A stretch of 40,541 bases of DNA from positions 25,170,293-25,210,833 of the forward strand of contig NC_068993.1 of the NCBI RefSeq assembly GCF_001194135.2, written 5' to 3'. Below, in pieces: positions 1 through 12,158 of the stretch. The DNA is from Octopus bimaculoides. Taxonomy: Eukaryota. The first letter of the stretch is position 1. Every line of letters starts with the position of its first letter. The position numbers and the translations under genes were made by a program. A model generated the notes under the pieces. The model was given only the letters and a program-made list of their open reading frames with translations. It searched no databases and had not been told where the DNA came from.

Positions 1-40
<40 letters not shown>
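1..40. repeat. (TA)n microsatellite
   Basis: Direct reading. Confidence 0.95.
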
Positions 41-43
<3 letters not shown>

Positions 44-79
44 ACAATGTATATATAATCTGTGTGTGTATAAATATAC

Positions 80-1250
80 ACAGGCTTGCACCTAAATATG
101 CTAACCTAGTTATAGGATACTTCGAAGAAATGCTTTATGGGGAGGTAGGGAGAGCTTTTAATCGTGATTGCAAGAAATACATCATTAAAAAGTGGAAACT
201 CTTCCTCGGTTACTGCTTCATTTTTTGGGGACAAATCAAATAAGGACCTCCAAATATTTGATAATATACTCAATACACTTCACTTATCCATCAAATTTAT
301 GACAGAAACCAGTTGCATTCCTGAATATTCACATAAAAATACACAACTCCACAATCACAACAGACATATTTTGCAAAAAATGGACACATACCTATATTAG
401 TACTATAGTGATTGACCCAAACCGACGTCAAATTCAACTCAACGAGCTCAAAAGCTTCCTAACAAAATAGAAATACCCCATAGAATTAATAAATGATGGA
501 ATTAAAAAGGCGATGAAACTGAACATCACACAACTAAGGACACCAAAGGAAAAAAAATAATGAACACACGATTCCAATTTATCAATACGTACACTCCTGG
601 GGTAGCAACATTTTTTACGCCATAAAATCAAACCTACCTATACTTCTACAAAGCCCCAAAATGAAAAATCTGATTGATAAAACCCCCTTACAAAACAACA
701 GATGCCAACCAAAAAATCTCAGAAAACACTTCACTGAAGCAAAGTTCACATCAGAGAATAAATCAGAATTCTCTGTAAAAGAATGTGGAGAGAACAGATG
801 TGGAACACACAACAATTTCAAATATTTAGAAAGTGGTTCCTACATAAAATTCAAGAGTGGATTCTTGTTCAAAATAAATGCAGATATGAACTGCAAGACA
901 CTGAATCTCATATACTGCATTAATTTCCTCAACTGCAAGGAAAACTACATCAGTAAAACAAATATTCCCTCTGCCAATGTGCGAGAATCCACAGACAATA
1001 TCCGCAGTCAAGAGGAATTGTTCAAGATTCTACTGAGCAAGCATCTAGAAATATGCAGTGAAGGAAAGTTGAAAATCTTTCCCTTTTACAAATGTCCAAG
1101 AGATGACCCAAAATTTTGAAAGGCACAAAAAATTCTCTCCAAAATTAAATGTTTGAAAGAGAAGCAGAGGAACTACATTTTGTGAAAACGACTGGAAAGA
1201 GAAACAGAGACAATATGCATGAACTCCCCTCCAAAAGAAACAAACTATTA
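80..1250 (+). mobile_element. Decayed 5'-truncated Penelope-like retroelement, probably Neptune/Nematis-type (RT C-terminus, Cys linker, GIY-YIG endonuclease)
   Basis: LAPKYANLVIGYFEE (83-130); ILNTLHLSIKF thumb-like segment; CGENRCGT linker; NCKTLNLIYCINFLNCKENYISKT GIY-YIG-like segment in ORF 661-1119. Frameshifts and stops present; ends approximate. Confidence 0.8.
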
Positions 1251-2180
1251 ACATGACATGGTTAGCTCACATTTATACCCAGCTAATATGATGGGAGAAA
1301 TAATGCAAATGAATGCTTCAATGTCTAACAATATTTACATACCATGTAAGGTGACATCAATGTATGCTAGATGACTTTGGTGTCTGTCAAGAAAGTTTCT
1401 TCATGATCATTTTACCTCTTTATTATTTTTAATTAGTAATGATGATGGATGAAGAGAAAACACTTATATTACGCTGTTACTGTTGTTTCTGAATGTGGCT
1501 CCAATGTTAATAATGTGATACTCATCTCTATAAATGATTGTATATATAACACTGGGATTTTGACAACTGTTGTTCCTATAGAACTTGCATATACCTGAGA
1601 AAGAATACCAGAACCATTTTACCACTGATTATGAAAGATATCTAATGTAGCCACTTGGCAAAGTAACTTCTGAAAAGGATCTCTTTTTGAATTATCTTAT
1701 CCAAGCAAGAAAGAAAAAGAAAAGTACATCCTACAAAAGGATGAAAGATACTCAAAAATATATTTAAGCAGGTTTTTCTTTGTTATATACTTTATATCAT
1801 ACAGACTGGCTTCCAGCTAAATATAAAATATACATGTTATTACAAAACTTATTTATGCTGTTTGATTACATGTACATAGAGAATATACTGAATTATAAAC
1901 AGAACCAAATTCAAATAATTTTTTTCATATTTTGACTTTATGTTCCTAATTTATGAATGTTGTACTAATATTTAATGTTTGTTCATGCAAAACATGGAAT
2001 TACACAGAATATGGGATCTGACTATACAAGTGTAAAGGAATATACATTTTCATAGGACTTTGAACTGTTTTTTACTTTTCAGTGATGACCACACCTTCCC
2101 TTCTTTCCTTATCTTTCCTATCCTATTTCCTAAAATTGACATCTTGAAAGGTCACCTGCCCTTGTCAAGAAATGTCTTTA

Positions 2181-2450
2181 TCTACTACATATGTGGAAAA
2201 TTCTGTCTGTGGGTGTGTTTGTTTGTGGGTTTGTTATCTAACTCCTCCTACATCTTTTTATCGATTTTTATGAAACTTGACATGTTTGTAGAACTCATGT
2301 CTGGAAACCTTGTGACATACTTAGATTGTTGAAAAAAATCGATAATAGGGCCCCTGGAAGGGATCCTTATACCTACTACATATAACAAGTATATTTTATT
2401 TAAACATCCAAGGGAAATAACCCATTTGCTTTTGGAAGGGATCCTTAATA
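2181..2450 (+). mobile_element. Possible 5' fragment of a non-autonomous Helitron/DINE-like repeat
   Basis: A|TC start followed by tgtctgt...gtttgt microsatellite-like body and atcgatttttatgaaacttgac, similar in layout to the Helitrons at 21423 and 39774; internal 14-bp direct repeat GGAAGGGATCCTTA (2356, 2434). No 3' end found. Confidence 0.35.
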
Positions 2451-3199
2451 TAGCCAAGGAAAACAACCTTGGTATAAATTAAAAGAGTGTGCTTATTTCT
2501 TAGTATTTGAACTGTTAGTTATTTTCACAATTTATCCAGTACAACGGTTAAACAAGTAAATAGTAGTAGATCCACTTATTTCAGATAGTGACTTATTCAC
2601 GAATATACCAACACTAGCGCCACTGAGGGTAATATTCTCTGGGAACACACAAAAGCCCTTTTCAGAGTTATTTACTTTGAATTGTTATTATCTCATATCT
2701 GATTAACCTGTTATTATGTAACATGCTTCATGATTTTAGTATACCTACCTTATTAGTATTTCCTCCTAAGTTCTATCTACTCTGGGAATGTATTAAAACC
2801 CTTTCCGGGGCTACTTTATTTGAATTCTTACTATCGGGTAACTTATTTCATGTTATTACATAACTGACTTCACAGTTTGGGTATTCATAACTTGTTGGGA
2901 ATTCCTAAAAACAATATCCTGTGTAAGACAGTTCTGTATTCTATGTAAATGCAGAAAAACCATTTTAAGGGCTACACACTTTGTATTGTTGTTACTGGAT
3001 TAGTGAAACAATTATGAGAACAGAACCAAGGGATAAACCCCACTTTCCCACGAATTACTGGGTACATCAGTTTACAAATATGTTGATAGGTATACAACAA
3101 GAAAGGAAAGAGGAGGAAAACAAAAAAGAAGAGAAAAGAAAAAGAAAGATGCTTTGTAATGTAATTTCAATGAGTTGACCACATCAAATTGAAAAGATA

Positions 3200-3290
3200 C
3201 CTCTCTCTCTCTCTATCTATCTATCTATTTGTCTGTCTGTTTATCTATCTATCTATCCATCCATCCATCCATCCTTCCCTCCTTCCTTTC
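3200..3290. repeat. Compound microsatellite (CT)n-(ATCT)n-(GTCT)n-(ATCC)n-(TTCC)n
   Basis: Direct reading. Confidence 0.9.
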
Positions 3291-3569
3291 CCCATCCTTT
3301 ATTATTTTTTTCTCTTTCTTGATTGTCCTGAAACTTTGCTTTCTGTTTATTTTTTCCCCTCCTCTTTGTTTTTCTTTCTCTCCTTCCTCCTTTTTCCAAA
3401 ACAACAAAAGTATTTTTCTCCTCTTCTAAACAAAACAAAAAAAAACATCCGATTCATATAAATGAACAACAGAACCTTCTGTTTTTACCATTTTGATTTT
3501 GTCTTGATAAGTTTGATAAACAAACAAAAGCGCTAATAAAGGATTATCTAAAATTCTAANNNNNNNNNN

Positions 3570-3602
<33 letters not shown>

Positions 3603-5230
3603 TATATATAATATATATATATATAACAAAACAGGAAAACGGAAATTTTTTGTATTATTCATTCTCCATTACACGTGTTTCAGTTGCTAATAAAAAAGAA
3701 TGAAACTCATGTAATAGAGAATAAATGATACCAAAATATTTCTATTTTCCTGTTTTGTTGTTCAGCAACTGTGCAAATAATATTTCCATGATTCTCAATT
3801 TTAATATATTTCAACTTGCATTCAACAGTAACTATGGATACATATTGGTTATGGTAATGGGATAAGCTGGTGTGCATCAAGAGGAAACAGCTGGGATTTA
3901 CACTAGCTACATATATGTTGTGTGTATAGATATATATAGGTATATATATATAATGTGTGTATATATTTGTATATATGTATGTATGTTATATGTGACGTGC
4001 TGCATAAGATATGAAACTGCATTCAGTGGTGAGGCTCCTACTCAAGAGTTTAGGAGTTTTAAGGAGTATAGAATTATCTCTGAGTCACCACTACTGCCAA
4101 GTTTGCTATCATCTGGGGTGGTAGTAACTTCAAATCCCCAGCTGTGGGTCAATAACAGAAGATAGTCCTGTGGCTAATAGCATACAGAATCCAAAGGATG
4201 ACCTACCCCTGCAGCAGACTAGCATATTAAACTGGCTGAATGCAACAAGACTCTAATGCTATATCATTCTTACAAAAATCTTGAATCTTCAAACTTTTGT
4301 ATGGAGGTTAATGATTGATGATACTCTGTAGGCATGGCACAAAGAGAGTGGTAAGTGTGTGTTGTTAGGCTGATGAAATATCTATAATAAAATTGGATAA
4401 CAAGTAAATAAAATAAATAGAAATCCTCCCTGATACTGCTTTGGCTTAAAATAAGTTAAAGGTCATCACTTAAATTTCCTTTTAACAAGTACACATGCAC
4501 CTGAGGTTGAGGGAACTTTCCTGAAAAGTTGATTTCAATTCCCAGTCCATTTTACTTAACTTCCATTGCCAATTCACAAAGGAAAAATAATTACGTTAGA
4601 TCATTTTCTTTTATTGTTATACTTGGGGATGATCATATTTTGCCAATTAGACACATGGTCTATAGGTTTGGTCTTTGGTACAGTTTTATTTTTATTAATT
4701 TTGTTTCTTTGCCAAAACCCTTTCATCACACATCTTGTAACGCCATCAGCAACTCTTTATCGTACATGTCTCCTCTTGTTCTGCTTAGTCCATTTTTCTT
4801 ACATGTGTTTAACTGGCAAAAAAAGACCATCCCTAAGTATAACAATATCTGTTTCAACACATGATTCCACATCAAGAATGTTGCAAAACAAATGCATAAA
4901 TGTGACTTTTTTTTTTATCTTAACACCTTCTGTCATTCTTGTGACTTAGTTTCATTTCTCATTTATGCCAATTTCACTTCACAAACATGACTATTCTTCA
5001 GCAAAAAAAAAAAAAAGAGGAAAAAAGAAATCATGACCATGTTTCATTTTATATTTAAAATAATTTCACTTGATTTATCCAGTTAAAAGCTAAGGAAAAA
5101 AGGATGAATGTTTTGCAGTTTCATTGTGTCTACAAATTAGTGATCCACAACCTATTTAAGAATTTTATAATCACTGAAATTATTTTACTTGAAATAAATG
5201 TCACCTACTTTCAATGTCATTTCATTGCAG

Positions 5231-5313
5231 AGGAAATATAACCTAACAGAGTTTAGAGAAACGGTGATATGTGATTTACCAAATGTAGATATTTACAGAT
5301 TTAATGGATTCAT
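5231..5313 (+). CDS. ATP10: ATP10-like exon, A-domain (RKYNLTEFRETVICDLPNVDIYRFNGF+AT)
   Basis: ttcattgcag| acceptor and |gtatgt donor. 83 nt ending in phase 2, matched by the next exon. Resembles the P4-ATPase ECExPNxxLYxFxG segment. Confidence 0.85.
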
Positions 5314-6023
5314 GTATGTATTGAAGTTTTCATTTTTGTTTATTGTACAAATGATATAACAATGATAACACTGAGCAACAAAAAAATTTTTTGTCATGCT
5401 ATTTAAACTTTTTCAGCTGATTTAGGGTAATTTTAGGGTACTGAATCCGAATCTGGCATCAGTTTTCAGACAGCTTGTGTAGTTTTTTAGCTATTCACAG
5501 CATCAGATTTTCCAGCCAATTGATAATATTGACTAAGTAGTAGGCTATTTGCTTTTGATTTTCATTCATATACTCATCACTGAAACAAAAATAAGTGCTG
5601 ATAGAGGGAAATATAGGCTACCTGTTAAATTGCCACACAAGGTGAGAATTTATTTTACTTTGTTATCGCTGTAATTATAGTAAAGTTCTCCTCACAACAG
5701 GCTATTGATGTTAGGTTATAGTAAGCCACTCAGACTCCCTTTTCTTGATAATTGCTAGTGCTGTTAAAACAAAGGTTATATGAAAAGTAGTTTAGTAGTA
5801 TGTTTAGCTATTTATTAAAGTGATCAATGTTTGAAATTTAGAGATGGAAAAAATTGTTTTGAGATAGTCATAGCTTCAGTACATTCTATAATAATTTCAA
5901 TGATTTTTTTTGGAGAAATATATTTTGATGTTTTCCAGTAACATTTACAATTTATTTATTTCATATTTTAGTTAACTGACAAGCTTCCTTGAGTGTTGAT
6001 TTAGATTATTCTTGTATGTATTT

Positions 6024-7905
6024 ATGATGGGCAGAAAAGTTTGTGCTAATCACCCAGATAGCTTTTGTTACATGTGTGGAAAATTTACGTCAAAAGATCA
6101 AAAATAAGCTTACAAAGAAATTTTTGAAATGCTTACAAGCTCTACTTTTGGATGCAAAGTTGGGGACCAAGATAAACTATGGGTGCCTCATGTTTGTTGC
6201 AAAAACTACTACATAGCACTAACCCAATGGCTAAATGGTAAACGGAAAAGTATGCCATTTGCAGTACCAATGATATGGTATGAACCAACAAACCACTATA
6301 CCAATTATTATTTCTGCTTAACTAACATCACAGGTTCTCTAAGAAGAACAAATCCAAGATTGTTTATCCAGATTGCCGTTCAGCTTTAAAACCAATTGCT
6401 CATGCTGCTGAAAATATTTCAGTTCCAGAACCGCTCTCATCTTTTGACAAAGATAGTTTAAGTGAAGAAAGTATTGCATCTACTTCAATTGAAGGCATGC
6501 TGAGTGATACAGCAGATCACTGTGGTGGACCAGGATCTTCAAAAAAATTTCCTCAATTATTAAGTCAACTTGAGTTAAATGATTTAGTTAGAGACTTGGG
6601 TTTAACAAAAGAAAAATCAGAACTACTAGACTTCATGTTGAAACAATGAAATCTTTTACACAATGATGTAAAATGCTCAAAAACAGCATACAGAATTGCA
6701 TTAATTTTTTATGGAGAAAGACGGTATTTGTTTTTGTTATGATGTTGAAGGACTCCTGCATGAGATAGGGTATGGCCATAAACCTGAAGAATGAAGACTC
6801 TCCATAGATTCCAGCAAAGCAAGCCTAAAAGCTGTTTTGCTGCATAATGGCAATCAAAAACCTTCAATACTACTAGCACATGCTGTAGGATTAAAGGAAA
6901 CTTATGGATCAATGGATAAAATTTTGCACTTGATTAAATATTCTGAGCACAAGTGGAATATATGCAGGGACTTGAAAGTTATTGGTTTGCTTCTTGGGTT
7001 GCAATGGGGTATACAAAGCATCAGTGCTGTTTGTGCCTTTGGAACAGCAGAGATGACAAGTATCACTATGATCAAAATGAGTGGCCAAAGGGAAGTGATT
7101 TCACTTCAGGGATACATTCAATATATCCCTTTGGTTAACCCTCAGAAAATTTACCTTCCTCCCTTGCACATTAAACTTGGTGTGTTTAGAATTTTATTAA
7201 GGCCATGAATGGAGATGGTGAAGGATCCAAATATCTCAGTGAAAAATTTGTTTCTAGCAAGAGTGAAGCTAAGATCAAAGCTGGAATTCCTAATGGACCA
7301 GAAATTCGCTCACTAATTTGTGATGAGATTTTTCAAGAAACATTAAGCCCAGCAGAGAAAACTGCTTGGGAAAAAGTTTGTTTCTCTTGTAAAAAATTTT
7401 TGGGGAAATAAAAAAAAATCATCTAACTACGTTGCAATTGTGAATAATTTTTTGAAAGCTTATAAGTAACTTATTTCTTTATTGCCCAGAAGAGGCTAAA
7501 CATAGCCGGAACAAACAAGGACAGACAAAGGGATTAAGTCGATTACCTAATTTATTGACCCAGAAAGGATGAAAGGCAAAGTCGACCTCAGCAGAATTTG
7601 AACTCAGAACGTAACGGCAGACGAAATACTGCTAAGCATTTCGACCGGCGTGCTAACGTTTCTGCCAGCTCACCACCTTATAAGTAACCTGAGGCAAGAA
7701 TGTCTCTAAAAATTCATTTTCTCCGCTCTCATCTTGATTTTTTTCTACCCAATATGGGTGAATGATTTCATCAAAAAGTCAAAGAGCTAGAAAGCTGCTA
7801 CAGTAGCAGACTTACACTAAACATGCTGATAGACTACTGCTGGTTTTTAAAACAAGAAACGGACTTGCAACAAAAGAAGATGCTAAAACTGTTTTTGAAA
7901 AGCAT
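6024..7905 (+). pseudogene. Disrupted transposase of the Chapaev3-like element
   Basis: CANHPDSFCYMCG N-terminal Cys motif; GDQDKxWVPHVCC; MPFAVPMIW; LLHNGNQKPS; GYTKHQCCLCLWNSRD; LPPLHIKLG; AKIKAG; MSLKIHFLRSHLDFF; DYCWFL. Many stops and frameshifts, and interrupted by a SINE. Confidence 0.85.
7471..7676 (-). mobile_element. tRNA-derived SINE inserted in the Chapaev3-like transposase
   Basis: Minus strand begins ggtggtgagctggcagaaacgttagcacgccgg...gagttcaaattc (A/B-box-like); 12-bp TSD CTTATAAGTAAC at 7459-7470 and 7677-7688. Confidence 0.88.
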
Positions 7906-9022
7906 AAAATTAATAATATTCACTTAACACTTTTGTTTTGTGTTTTGTTGGTTTTAGAGCTACTTGTACACGTAGTTGCTATTGTTCTTATACCAAATAA
8001 CATTAATTTATGCTTAACATAACATTCATTTTATTTATCATGAATTTTCACATTATTGTAATTTTGATAGCTCAAAAACATGACATGCTAGAGCAAAAAT
8101 GATTGCAGATTTGGAATCAGCACTCCCAAATTACCCATGAGCACCATTTTGTCTAATAGTAGCAAATATTTTGTTGCCTAGTGTAATCATTTCTAAATGG
8201 TTTCATCATTGTTGTTAATGTTATCTCTAGCATCCTTCCTCTCTTAATCATGTGTTCTTGTTAAAGGAAGAGATTTAACAGAAATTTGTTCAGTACATCT
8301 CAGCATTTAAGTCCAGATCCTGCCAGAAGTGATTTTACTCTTTATAAGTTCCTATTATATGCTTGGTAGGGAATATTAATAATATTAGGGAATAAATTCC
8401 AAAACCTACAGGGAAAAATTCAATTTAGCATTACTAAATCAAATTTCCCAATATAAAATATATGTATATAATTTAAAGAAAAACCACTATTAAATAATTC
8501 AACAAAGAAGAATTCGACTCACACCCTGCAGAAAACAAATATATCACAAAAGCCTTATTGAAAAAATCAATAAAATACAAACAGAATAACAAGTAAATGG
8601 GATAAAATGACTACGCACGTCTTATGGCTATGTTTTCAAATAGATAACTACTAAACCCAATTCAATTAATAATTCTATTAATAATCAAATCGATCTACAG
8701 TTAAGTCTATTCAAAAATATAGTCACTCATCAGGTCTAAAATAAAAATAATAACAAAAAAATCAATGTATGTATTGTAAGTTATACTAATTATCTAAAAA
8801 AATACTTCTTTTAACAATAAATAAATTAATAATCGAAAGACATTTAACAATATTTCTTAAAATTAAAAAACACAACTTATCTTATCAAAGAATTGCTGTA
8901 ATATATATATATATATATATATNNNNNNNNNNNNNNNNNNNNNNNNNNNNNNNNNNNNNNNNNNNNNNNNNNNNNNNNNNNNNNNNNNNNNNNNNNNNNN
9001 NNNNNNNNNNNNNNNNNNNNNN

Positions 9023-9875
9023 TTGAGGGAACCTGTGGAAGAAGTAGACCCAGGAAGACCTGGGATGAGCTGATGAAGTACGACCTTTGAACTTTAAGCT
9101 TCACCGAGGCAATGACTAGTGACCGGGACCGTTGGACATATGCAGTACGTGAGAAGACCCAGCAAGCCAAGTGAGAGCATAATCTGTGGCCTCTGCCAGA
9201 AGTGTAGCCAGCTCACTTATTCGTATCTTTACTTCATTGGACACTAAACTCTGCTTGCAAAAACCTGTTGAAGCAAGTAAATTTGAAATCGAAATCGAAC
9301 CAAATTCGACAACTGATGCCCATGACGACCTCTCCTTCATTGGACACTAAAGTCTGCTTGCGAAGACCTGTTGAGGCAAGTGAAATCGAAACCATAATTG
9401 AACCATGTTCGATGACTGACACCTGTGTCTGTGGAGTACTACTAACAGCACTGTCTGAGCGTGATCATTGCCAGAGCAGCTGTCTGGCTTCCGTGCTAGT
9501 GGCCCGTAAATAGCACCATTTGAGCGTGATCATTACCAGCGTCGCCTTACTGGCACTTGTGCCAGTGACACATAAGAAAATCATTCGAGCGAGGTCGTTG
9601 CCAGTGCTGCTGGACTGACACCTGTGCAGGTGGCACGTAAAAAACACTATTTTGAGCATGGCCGTTGCCAGTACCGCGTGACTGGCCCTCGTGCAGGTGG
9701 CACATAAGAGCACCTACTACACTCTCGGAGTGGTTGGTGTTAGGAAAGGCATCCAGCTGTAGAAACTCTGCCAGATCAGATTGGAGCCTGGTGCAGCCAT
9801 CCAGTTCGCCAGTCCTCAGTCAAATCGTCCAACCCATGCTAGCATAGAAAGCGGACGTTAAACGATGATGATGAT
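9023..9875 (+). mobile_element. 3' fragment of an RTE-clade LINE (ORF end, 3' UTR, (GAT)n tail)
   Basis: Same ORF end and UTR as the RT-bearing copy at 34843-36955; ends ccatgctagcatagaaagcggacgttaaac(gat)n. The 5' part lies in an N gap. Confidence 0.82.
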
Positions 9876-9926
9876 ATATATATATATATATATGTATATA
9901 TTAGAAGGTTTGGAGGTGATGTACAG

Positions 9927-9963
<37 letters not shown>

Positions 9964-10611
9964 TAAATTTAAAATTATAATACAGGGTATCTAAGAGATA
10001 CCACCACGCTGAAAAATAGCAGNNNNNNNNNNNNNNNNNNNNNNNNNNNNNNNNNNNNNNNNNNNNNNNNNNNNNNNNNNNNNNNNNNNNNNNNNNNNNN
10101 NNNNNNNNNNNNNNNNNNNNNNNNNNNNNNNNNNNNNNNNNNNNNNNNNNNNNNNNNNNNNNNNNNNNNNNNNNNNNNNNNNNNNNNNNNNNNNNNNNNN
10201 NNNNNNNNNNNNNNNNNNNNNNNNNNNNNNNNNNNNNNNNNNNNNNNNNNNNNNNNNNNNNNNNNNNNNNNNNNNNNNNNNNNNNNNNNNNNNNNNNNNN
10301 NNNNNNNNNNNNNNNNNNNNNNNNNNNNNNNNNNNNNNNNNNNNNNNNNNNNNNNNNNNNNNNNNNNNNNNNNNNNNNNNNNNNNNNNNNNNNNNNNNNT
10401 ATATATTAATAAAATACAGGGTAGCAAAGAAAATTTTAGAAATTTTATTTTACCACCAGTGGTCTAGCGAGGGTAAAAACGGTCAATAGACTATGTATTA
10501 TTCATTTAAAATACAGAGATGCCTGTAATAGGACATCTAACCCGCTAGAAATAGCAGCAAGACTACATACCACAAAAAGTAGGGATAGCAATAGCTATCG
10601 AAATTAAATGA

Positions 10612-10644
<33 letters not shown>

Positions 10645-10656
10645 CACACACACACG

Positions 10657-10800
10657 ATGGCCTTCTTTTAGTTTACGTCTAACAAATCCAATCATAAGGC
10701 TTTGGCGAGGCTATAGTAGAAGACATCTGCCCAAGGTGCCACAGGGTGGGACTGTACCTGGAACCATGTGGTTGGGAAGCAAGCTTTTTACCACACAGAC
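10657..10800 (-). mobile_element. tRNA-derived SINE, head and body
   Basis: Reverse complement matches the SINE at 21264 (gtgtggtaaaaagcttgcttcccaaccacatggttccaggtacagtccc...ggcagatgtcttctactatagcc). Confidence 0.78.
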
Positions 10801-10811
10801 ATGGCTGTACA

Positions 10812-10842
<31 letters not shown>

Positions 10843-12158
10843 ATCATATACATACTTTCAATACTGCTAGCATAGATGAAAAAGTTGGGCTTGGTTTTGG
10901 CTTCTGTTTTTGAAATATGCCAAGGTTTCAATTTTGACCCACCTATCTGTATTGTTCTTTCTCTAGTAATCCTGTACCAATTCTAAAGCAATCTTTGCCC
11001 TTCATAACTTTGTGGTTGCATTCCTTTGCCACTTTATCAATGCTTGTATTACACCAGCTCCTCTGCATCATAGTCCCTCAGTACAATGTCCTCTCTTTTT
11101 CACTTTCTCCAGATATTATTTGTTGCACTTCAATATGCAGGCTAACACAGTTATATAACTGGTCCTCCCTCCTTTATATTACTTGCATGACATAGCTGTC
11201 AGTTGTTTATATTACACACCTAGTACTTGTCTTTCCTACTCTCTTCATCGTTTACTTATTGTTTGTCAATGATGTTCTATAGATCCACCAGATAGAGCAG
11301 TTTCCATTCTTTTATATACTTCACAATTTAGTGATAAGGATCATCTCCAAATTAAGGCAAAGATACTTGCTATAATATCTAATATAAATGTCAGAGTTTG
11401 TATCACCACCCAGTAGGGTGTGCAGCTGTGAGATGATAGGAGGGGGAAAAAGTTTAAAAAGAGAAAATAGGGAAAAATATGAGATGATGTTTCATTAATT
11501 TAAAGTTCAAATAAAATGGACACTTCTTTCCAAGTGTGTGTGTTATTTGTTCATTTATTTCTTTTCTCTTTTGTCTTAATTTAACCTTAACATCAAAAAT
11601 TGTATTTCTTGTTTTCCATCATGATTTAGTAGTTTAATCTAAATGTTGGAAAGGGGAAATATTAAACTCGTAGCAAAGTTAACATTTTCCAGTCTGTGTT
11701 TTTGTACTTATTTCGTCATTACTACATAGCAACAAACACAGAAAAGAGGTTTTGTTCCTATAATTCTTGAGTTATTTTTTTTATAACTGTTTTATAATTT
11801 TTCTCCTAACTGTGTTGTGCAGCGTTAAGTCATATGCAATGGTAGTAACATGTTATTGTTTACATTCAGAAGCTTTATTCTACAGACAAACCAAGCTGTT
11901 ACCTTGAAATAGTAATCCAGACCCAAACCTCTGCAAGTTTGCAATACTATTAGTATAACAACAGTATATCACAAATTGATTTTTTTGGTTAGTCTTGATA
12001 TTTGTGTAGTTGTTTATTTGATCTGCATGTGCTGATGTACTCTGTTCACCCTTAACTCTTTTGATAGCAACCTGCCCAAGACTACCCTGATTCTATGATA
12101 CAAACTCCCTGTTTTAAAATTATCTAAATTAAAAACTTCAATCAAAATTTCATATTAA

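Larger units (their letters stand above)
5369..8183 (+). mobile_element. Full-length decayed CMC/Chapaev3-like DNA transposon
   Basis: taa|CACTGAGCAACAAAA...TTTTGTTGCCTAGTG|taa: CAC/GTG termini, 3-bp TAA TSD, extra subterminal inverted repeat (5425-5466 vs 8095-8136), and an internal transposase pseudogene. Family assignment rests on recalled termini, TSD and motifs. Confidence 0.8.

Noticed and set aside
1621-1650. CTGATTA-T-GAAA followed by the palindrome AGATATCT downstream of the first Penelope-like element, resembling a minimal hammerhead
   Set aside because: Core G8 is missing, there is no room for stem II, and stem I pairs poorly; such a match is easy to get by chance in AT-rich DNA.
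41-5230. An additional upstream ATP10 exon (expected DGETNLK segment)
   Set aside because: No such peptide or convincing exon was found; that exon presumably lies before the window.
8600-8740. Minus-strand CTGATGA (8726-8732) in an unclassified AT-rich repeat-like block
   Set aside because: No stem II closing onto GAAA and no stem III/UH; not a hammerhead.
9470-9720. CRISPR-like appearance (palindromic repeats with spacers) here and at 36231-36760
   Set aside because: Eukaryotic LINE 3' UTR context, spacers related to each other, and no cas genes; reported instead as a hairpin array.
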